DNA of 56,267 bases. Source: Bacteriovoracaceae bacterium. GTDB taxonomy: Bacteria; Bdellovibrionota; Bacteriovoracia; Bacteriovoracales; Bacteriovoracaceae. The notes below the pieces were generated by a model. That model saw only the letters and a program-made list of their open reading frames with translations. It searched no databases and was not told where the DNA came from. The stretch spans positions 1-56,267 of the forward strand of contig JABIHA010000059.1 of the NCBI GenBank assembly GCA_018649885.1. Reading direction: 5' to 3'. Positions 50,590 to 56,267 of the stretch are shown one piece after another (the stretch's first letter is position 1; every line of letters starts with the position of its first letter). A program made the position numbers and the translations under genes.

Positions 50590-51663
50590 TTATCTTCTTC
50601 CTTTTGATCCTATATGATTGATTATTTTTGCAATTTCTGAAATATTGCACATTTTATCAAAGTCGCCCCTTTGATGAACTGCTCCAGGCATTCCCCAAAC
50701 GACACAGCTTTCTTCATCCTGGATTAAAACAAGGGAGTGATTTTTTTTCATGTCAGTTATTTCTTCTGCACCATCTTCTCCCATACCGGTCATTACAACA
50801 GATAATGTCTTGGGTTTTAGTTTGGCCGGAATAGACTTCAAGAGCACATTATAAGAAGGACGAACAAAGCAAATTTTTTCTTCTTGATTGAGCTTAATCA
50901 CTAAATTTGATTTTCCTTCAACAGTCATATGAAAATCGCCTGGAGCGACGTAGGCCATCCCTTTTTCAATTACCTGACCATCAAAGGCCTCTACAACTCC
51001 AATCTTATTTAATGTATTTAATAAACTTGCATATTGGGTGGTGAAGATTGGAGGCATATGCTGCACAATCAAGATAGGGACTTCGATGTCATCTCTTAGG
51101 AGAGAAAAAAGTTGTCGCATTGTCTGTGGTCCACCAGTTGAAGTTCCAATACAAATTAAATCCGCCTCAAAGGTTTTCCATGGAGTTTTTGGGGCCATTT
51201 TTTTTTGGGGGGGAATTTCTTGGGTTGTACTAGGTCGCTCTTTCGTTATTTCTCTCAGCCTAAGCTGAGGGGAGAGAGACTTTATTCTTGGGATAAGTTG
51301 GTCTTTAATGTACTTAAGACTTTCATTTAAATTTGTTGAGCCACTACACTTGGGTACAAAGTCATTGGCCCCATTTATCAGAGTTTCAAGGGTTTTTTTG
51401 GCAGCCGTTTCATTTTGTGAGCTAAAAACAATGAGTTTGATGATTTTATTAAATTTCCGTATTTCTTTAATTGCCTCTACTCCGTCCATGACGGGCATTT
51501 CAAGGTCTACAATGGCGAAATCAAAGATCTCCTTTTTAAGGATCTCAATTGCTTCGGCTCCATTTCCTGCGAGTGAAATACTATCGATATCATCTTGTCC
51601 TTGCAGGCAAGCCTTAATCGCTTGGCGGTACATTGACGAATCATCAACTATCAAAATCTTCAC
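50590..51663 (-). CDS. cheB: Chemotaxis methylesterase
   Basis: REC domain plus GTSTGGP, VQHMP, MTGMGEDG, VVWGMP. Confidence 0.95.
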   Translation of the reverse strand: MKILIVDDSSMYRQAIKACLQGQDDIDSISLAGNGAEAIEILKKEIFDFAIVDLEMPVMDGVEAIKEIRKFNKIIKLIVFSSQNETAAKKTLETLINGANDFVPKCSGSTNLNESLKYIKDQLIPRIKSLSPQLRLREITKERPSTTQEIPPQKKMAPKTPWKTFEADLICIGTSTGGPQTMRQLFSLLRDDIEVPILIVQHMPPIFTTQYASLLNTLNKIGVVEAFDGQVIEKGMAYVAPGDFHMTVEGKSNLVIKLNQEEKICFVRPSYNVLLKSIPAKLKPKTLSVVMTGMGEDGAEEITDMKKNHSLVLIQDEESCVVWGMPGAVHQRGDFDKMCNISEIAKIINHIGSKGRR

Positions 51664-52146
51664 TTATGACTGCTTTTCAGAAAGTTGTGTTATCTCTTTG
51701 GCGTTGGCCTTTGCCTTGATGATTTTTTTAGTATTAAGAAGTATTTGAAGGCCATCCTCTTTTTTATAAATGTAGTCTACATAACTTTTTAAGCTCTGTT
51801 TTAATGTTTCGGGAGTTAATTCTAAATTATTTTTATCTAGCTCGACTATATCAGTCACCTCATCTACCACAAAAGCAAATAATCCTTCATCACCCCTGAC
51901 AATTATATTCATGTGATTGGCACTTAGATCTTCTTCCAACCCAAATAGATTTCTAAGGCTGATACAAGTGACAATTTGTCCCCTGAGATTGATTAAACCT
52001 CTAATAGTGTTTTGTGAGAGAGGCACTGTTGTTACAGGGAGAGGCTTGATAACTTCTTGAACTAATTCAACAGGAATTCCAAACTCATCGCCTCCTATTT
52101 TAAAGCCACAAAACTGAAGACTTAAATGATCTTTCTCGTTTTCCAT
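51664..52146 (-). CDS. cheW: Chemotaxis coupling protein
   Basis: FGIPVELVQEV, IRGLINLRGQI, VVDEVTD. Confidence 0.95.
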   Translation of the reverse strand: MENEKDHLSLQFCGFKIGGDEFGIPVELVQEVIKPLPVTTVPLSQNTIRGLINLRGQIVTCISLRNLFGLEEDLSANHMNIIVRGDEGLFAFVVDEVTDIVELDKNNLELTPETLKQSLKSYVDYIYKKEDGLQILLNTKKIIKAKANAKEITQLSEKQS

Positions 52147-55100
52147 TACTTACCCTTATTATTGAAAATAATTTTTAGTACATCCTTAACTTCTGACTTA
52201 TTAAATTTTTCAAGGTGATACTCTATTCCTAAAGTCTCTGAACGTTCTCTATCTGCAATAGAGTATTTAGTAGTGAGTGCAATAATTGGAATTTCTTTTA
52301 AGGCCTGAACTTCTTTTAGTTGTTCCACTAGGCCCCAGCCATCCAAGACAGGCATCTCGATATCAGTTATAATGACATCAAATGACTGATTTTCTGAGAG
52401 TTTGTTGAGTGCATCACTACCATCTACTGCAGTGGTTACTTCAATCCCTAGCTCTTTTAAGGCCTCAGCTTCAACTCTCCTATAAAATGATGAATCATCT
52501 ACTAAAAGCACTGATTTTTGGAAGTTAGTTTCTTCATTGCCTTCTACGCCATCCCTGAACGCTCCAATTTTTTGAAGCTTTACAATGCTTATGAGATCTA
52601 GAACATTGACAATCTTCTCATTTATAAAGATCGTTCCTTCTATTCCAGATCTGTCAACCGCGTCAGCTTCAACCTTTGCTTCTTCAGAAAAAATATCGAG
52701 AATTTTTTCAACCACTAATGCGAAATTTTTATTTCTATAACTGGTAACAATACAATGTATTTTTGTTTCCTCTGGCCTTGATCCTAGGTAGTCTGCTAGG
52801 GTGTCACAGTTACTTAGCGTCAATGTTTTTTCTACATCGATAAGTGGAAGCGGTTTATCAAGGTAGCGCACAATATGTTGGTTTCCTGTCCGCTCAATAC
52901 TGCTAATGGGAAATTCTTCAAGACGAGTAACAAGCGCCAGCGGTATTGCATATTTTTGTTTGTCTCTTAGGCTAAAAAGAAGAAATTCAAGCGTATCCTT
53001 GGGAGTCTCAACACTAGCTTTGCTACTTGCAATATTGAAGGTATTTTCTAAGCTTGAATTTGTGAGGTTTAGTGATTTTCTTAGAAACCCTGAAGCATCT
53101 AATATGAGAGCAACTCTGCCATCTCCCATTATGGTTGCTCCTCCAAACATTACAATATCTTTTAAAACAGAACTTAGAGGCTTGACCACTATTTCTTGAG
53201 TATCTAGGATTTCATCGACCACTAGGGCATAGACATGATCATCAGCACTTAAGATGACAATATTTTCTGAATCTTCAATTGATCCCAACCTATTGGTGAG
53301 ATTATTAGCACTTTCGCAATCTGGGAGAAGACTATTTACGGCCTTAGATTTTTTATTGACCTCTTCGAGCTCAAGGGAAGAATTTATTCTAAATAAAGGG
53401 GTAAGGCTTCCTCTTAGTCTAAGAAATTCTCTCGACTGAATATTCTCTATCAACTTTCCTCTATCTTCCCCTTCTAGCCTGACAAGTTCTACAAGGTTCA
53501 ATTGAGGAATAGCAAAAAACTCCCCTTTACTTCTAACAATGAGTGCCGGAATGATGGCAAGAGTTAGCGGAATTCTAAGTTTAAAGCAACTTCCCACTCC
53601 TGGAACAGATGTCAAGGCCACTGAACCACCTATCTTTTCAATATTACTTTTTACAACGTCCATACCAACACCTCGACCAGAGATATTGGTAACCTTTTCT
53701 GCAGTTGAAAAACCAGGAGCCAAAACAAGCGAGTAGATACTTTGATCATCCATAGTTTCCAATTGGCCTGGGGTAATGACATTTTTTTCGAGGGCCTTAC
53801 TGACAATTCTTTCTTTATTAAGGCCTCTTCCGTCATCAGAGACCTCTATGGTGACTTGGCCACTTTCATTATAGGCCTTTACAGAAATTGTTCCCACTTC
53901 AGGTTTATCAGTGTTTTTTCTCTCCTCAATGTTTTCAATACCATGATCACAACAATTCCGAATTATGTGGACTAGAGGATCTTTGATTGCCTCAATAAGT
54001 GTTCTATCTAAGTCAGTATCTTGCCCGCTTAGGTCCAGCTTTATTCTTTTATCATTTTGTTTAGAGAGGTCACGGACTAGTCTTTCAAACTTGGTCAGAA
54101 TATTTCCAATTGGTTGCATTCTTGTGATCATCACTTCACTTTGAAGCTCTGAAGTAATTGTATTGAGTTGATTAGAGAGCCTATTCATTTCAGGGTCATT
54201 TAATTGTGATGCTGTTTGAATCACCTGATTTCTATTGAGAACTAACTCTCCAACTATATTCATAATCTTTTCAAGAGTACTAACTTGTACTCTGACAGTC
54301 GAATCAGCAATTGATCCACTTGATGGAGCTTTGGAAGCAGAGGGTTGTTCTACTGGAACCTTAACTTTTTCTTCGATCTTTTCTGGGACGATCGCAGGCT
54401 TGTTTTCCTCCACTTTGGATTGTACAACTTCTTCTTTAATATTTTGAGGTTCAATTTTTTGGGCTTTTTCAGTGACCGGAGCCGTAAGGCTTGGTCCTGC
54501 ACTTAGCTCTTCTTTGAATTCATCTAGGACACTAGCGTCAATGAGGCCGTCAGCCACTTGTTCTTTTAGTGACTCTAAGGCCGCATGTGAAACCCCACTT
54601 TCTGTTACCTGTTCTACCTCCATCGGTGCTTCTATCTCTGGTGGGGCCACCCCTGGCTGAGGTGTGTTCATCTCTTTTGTTTCACTTCTGTGCATACTGA
54701 TTAAATCTTCTAAATTTGAACTATCTTCTGGAGCGTTTTCACTGGCTTCATTTGCAGATGAAACTGCGCCAGTTTTTGAAATATTCTCTAGCTCTTCTAC
54801 AAGTGGCCCTATCTCCACATCAGCTTCTTCTCCACTTGATTCAAGGTTTTAAAGAATAGTTTTGCAACAGTCAAAACTTTTATAAAGCTCATCGATAATA
54901 GGAGGGGTGGCACTCATTTTTTTTCTCTAATTTGGTCTAACAAATTCTCTGTGATATGAGTTAGCTTTTGAAGCTTTTGAAGCTTTTGAAGACCTAGAAA
55001 ATTAGCAGAACCTTTTAGGGTATGGGCAGTTCTATATATTTCATTAATTAAATTCTTTTCTCCGGGGTCTTGTTCAAGCTTAGTGAGAAATCCATCTAAG

Positions 55101-55159
55101 TTTGATAAATTTTCAAAAGACTCTATGAGAAACTCTTTTAGTAGACTGTCGCGATCCAT
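52146..55159 (-). pseudogene. cheA: Hybrid CheA (Hpt, dimerisation, HATPase, two CheW, REC) disrupted in the Hpt region
   Basis: 55159..54914 encodes Hpt (AHTLKGS) and stops after an A8 run. The shifted frame continues MSATPPIIDELYKSFDCCKTIL, hits TAA (54849-54851), then joins 54818..52146 (RNCCDHGIE, DDGRG, SGRGVGMDVV). Confidence 0.85.
54965..54991. repeat. 9-bp tandem repeat x3 inside the cheA Hpt (LQK)3
   Basis: CTTTTGAAG three times. Confidence 0.95.
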
Positions 55160-55303
55160 AATTTAATACCCCTTATGTACTCCGTTTTATCGGAATTTTG
55201 GCCTTTTTGTTAAAGTGTATTTTTAAAAATAGCTTGATTAAAAACATCCAAAAAAAAACACTTTTTCTATCTTTTTATTCAGTTTTGAGACCTTTGTTAC
55301 GAA

Positions 55304-56161
55304 GTGCCTTCAGGGATTGGAATGGACGGTGAATTAATTGCACAATTTAAAATTGAAGCAGACGAGTTACTTGCTGAAGCGGAGGAAAGTCTCCTTTTAC
55401 TGGAAAAAGGCTCAGACTTTATAAATTGCTATAATCAAATATTCAGGTGCTTCCATAGTCTTAAGGGCACATCAGGTATGTTTGGACTTGATGAGCTTCA
55501 GTCCCATTATCACTATCTTGAAAATTTCTATGAATCACATAAAGGTTCCGAAGTAATTTCCTCAGAAAAAATTGACTTTTTTTTAATGGCATTAGACGAA
55601 ACTAGGAAGTATCTAGCTGGAGAAACTTTTGATTTCCAAAAATTTGAAGGCGAAAATGATGCTATGGATACGCCGGGGCCCAAAGCTGAACTGAGCGGTC
55701 AAAATAAAGATGTTGTTAACGATGTAGAAAATTCTTCCAGTAATATTGTGAGTCTAGATTGTACAAAAGATGAAGTAGGCGAAACAATTTTTATTGTTGA
55801 TGATGAACCTGAAATCGTAAAAAGTCTTACAGATATGCTTTCAGCAGAAGCATACCTTGTTGAAGGCTTTACTTCACCGGCTGATTTACTTTTAAGAGTT
55901 GGTGAGAAAAAACCCCACCTAGTTATCTCTGATATAAAGATGCCTGAAATGAATGGTGTTGAATTAATGCAAGAAATAAACAAAATCTATCCTTTTTTAC
56001 CCACCATCATTATTAGTGGTTTTTTTACTAAGGAATCCTGTTTGAAATTACTTGGGTTAGGGATAAACGGAATTATTGAAAAACCCTTTGATTTTGATAA
56101 CTTAGTCAAACAAGTTGGCAATACTCTTGTTCGTGACCCCCATTTGATGGCTACCTCCTAA
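55304..56161 (+). CDS. Hpt plus receiver domain protein, possibly truncated by the IS
   Basis: FRCFHSLKGTSG (Hpt His); IVDDE, SDIKMP, EKPF. Confidence 0.88.
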   Translation: MPSGIGMDGELIAQFKIEADELLAEAEESLLLLEKGSDFINCYNQIFRCFHSLKGTSGMFGLDELQSHYHYLENFYESHKGSEVISSEKIDFFLMALDETRKYLAGETFDFQKFEGENDAMDTPGPKAELSGQNKDVVNDVENSSSNIVSLDCTKDEVGETIFIVDDEPEIVKSLTDMLSAEAYLVEGFTSPADLLLRVGEKKPHLVISDIKMPEMNGVELMQEINKIYPFLPTIIISGFFTKESCLKLLGLGINGIIEKPFDFDNLVKQVGNTLVRDPHLMATS

Positions 56162-56267
56162 ATCCGGAGGAAAACCATGGATTTGAATAGAAAAAGAGTA
56201 ACTCAATCACAGAAATTCAACATCTTAACCGCTCACATTGAAAAAGGAACTCCCATTTCCGAGTTGG
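56128..56267 (+). mobile_element. Left end of a probable IS (IS3-family orfA-like), cut by the window edge
   Basis: Candidate terminus TGTTCGTGACCCCC...; GGAGG RBS; ORF from ATG 56177 MDLNRKRVTQSQKFNILTAHIEKGTPISEL resembles transposase HTH N-termini. Confidence 0.6.

Overview
Bacterial chromosomal window with gene content typical of a Bdellovibrionota (Bacteriovoracales-like) predator; this taxonomic call is an inference. Left to right: a GLUG-repeat lipoprotein; a five-gene gamma-glutamylation amine catabolism operon (probably ethanolamine); two exported proteins; an accessory block at ~11.4-17.0 kb; trmO-rsmA-tsaD; a metallophosphoesterase-like/tetraheme cytochrome fusion; cpoB and pal; sucCD, ndk, add, carD; gltX-cysS-uvrB; and a chemotaxis/c-di-GMP cluster with a disrupted cheA, ending in the start of a probable IS. 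The main unexplained feature is a ~14.7-copy 30-bp tandem array (11417-11861) just downstream of an HNH endonuclease gene. On the HNH strand each unit reads as a Shine-Dalgarno-like linker plus a 6-codon ORF (MRYFRS*). Second is an orphan sigma54 promoter with an upstream palindrome and a terminator but no ORF (26475-26692), a candidate sRNA. No rRNA, tRNA or true CRISPR array was recognised. All product calls come from motif recognition only; no searches were run.
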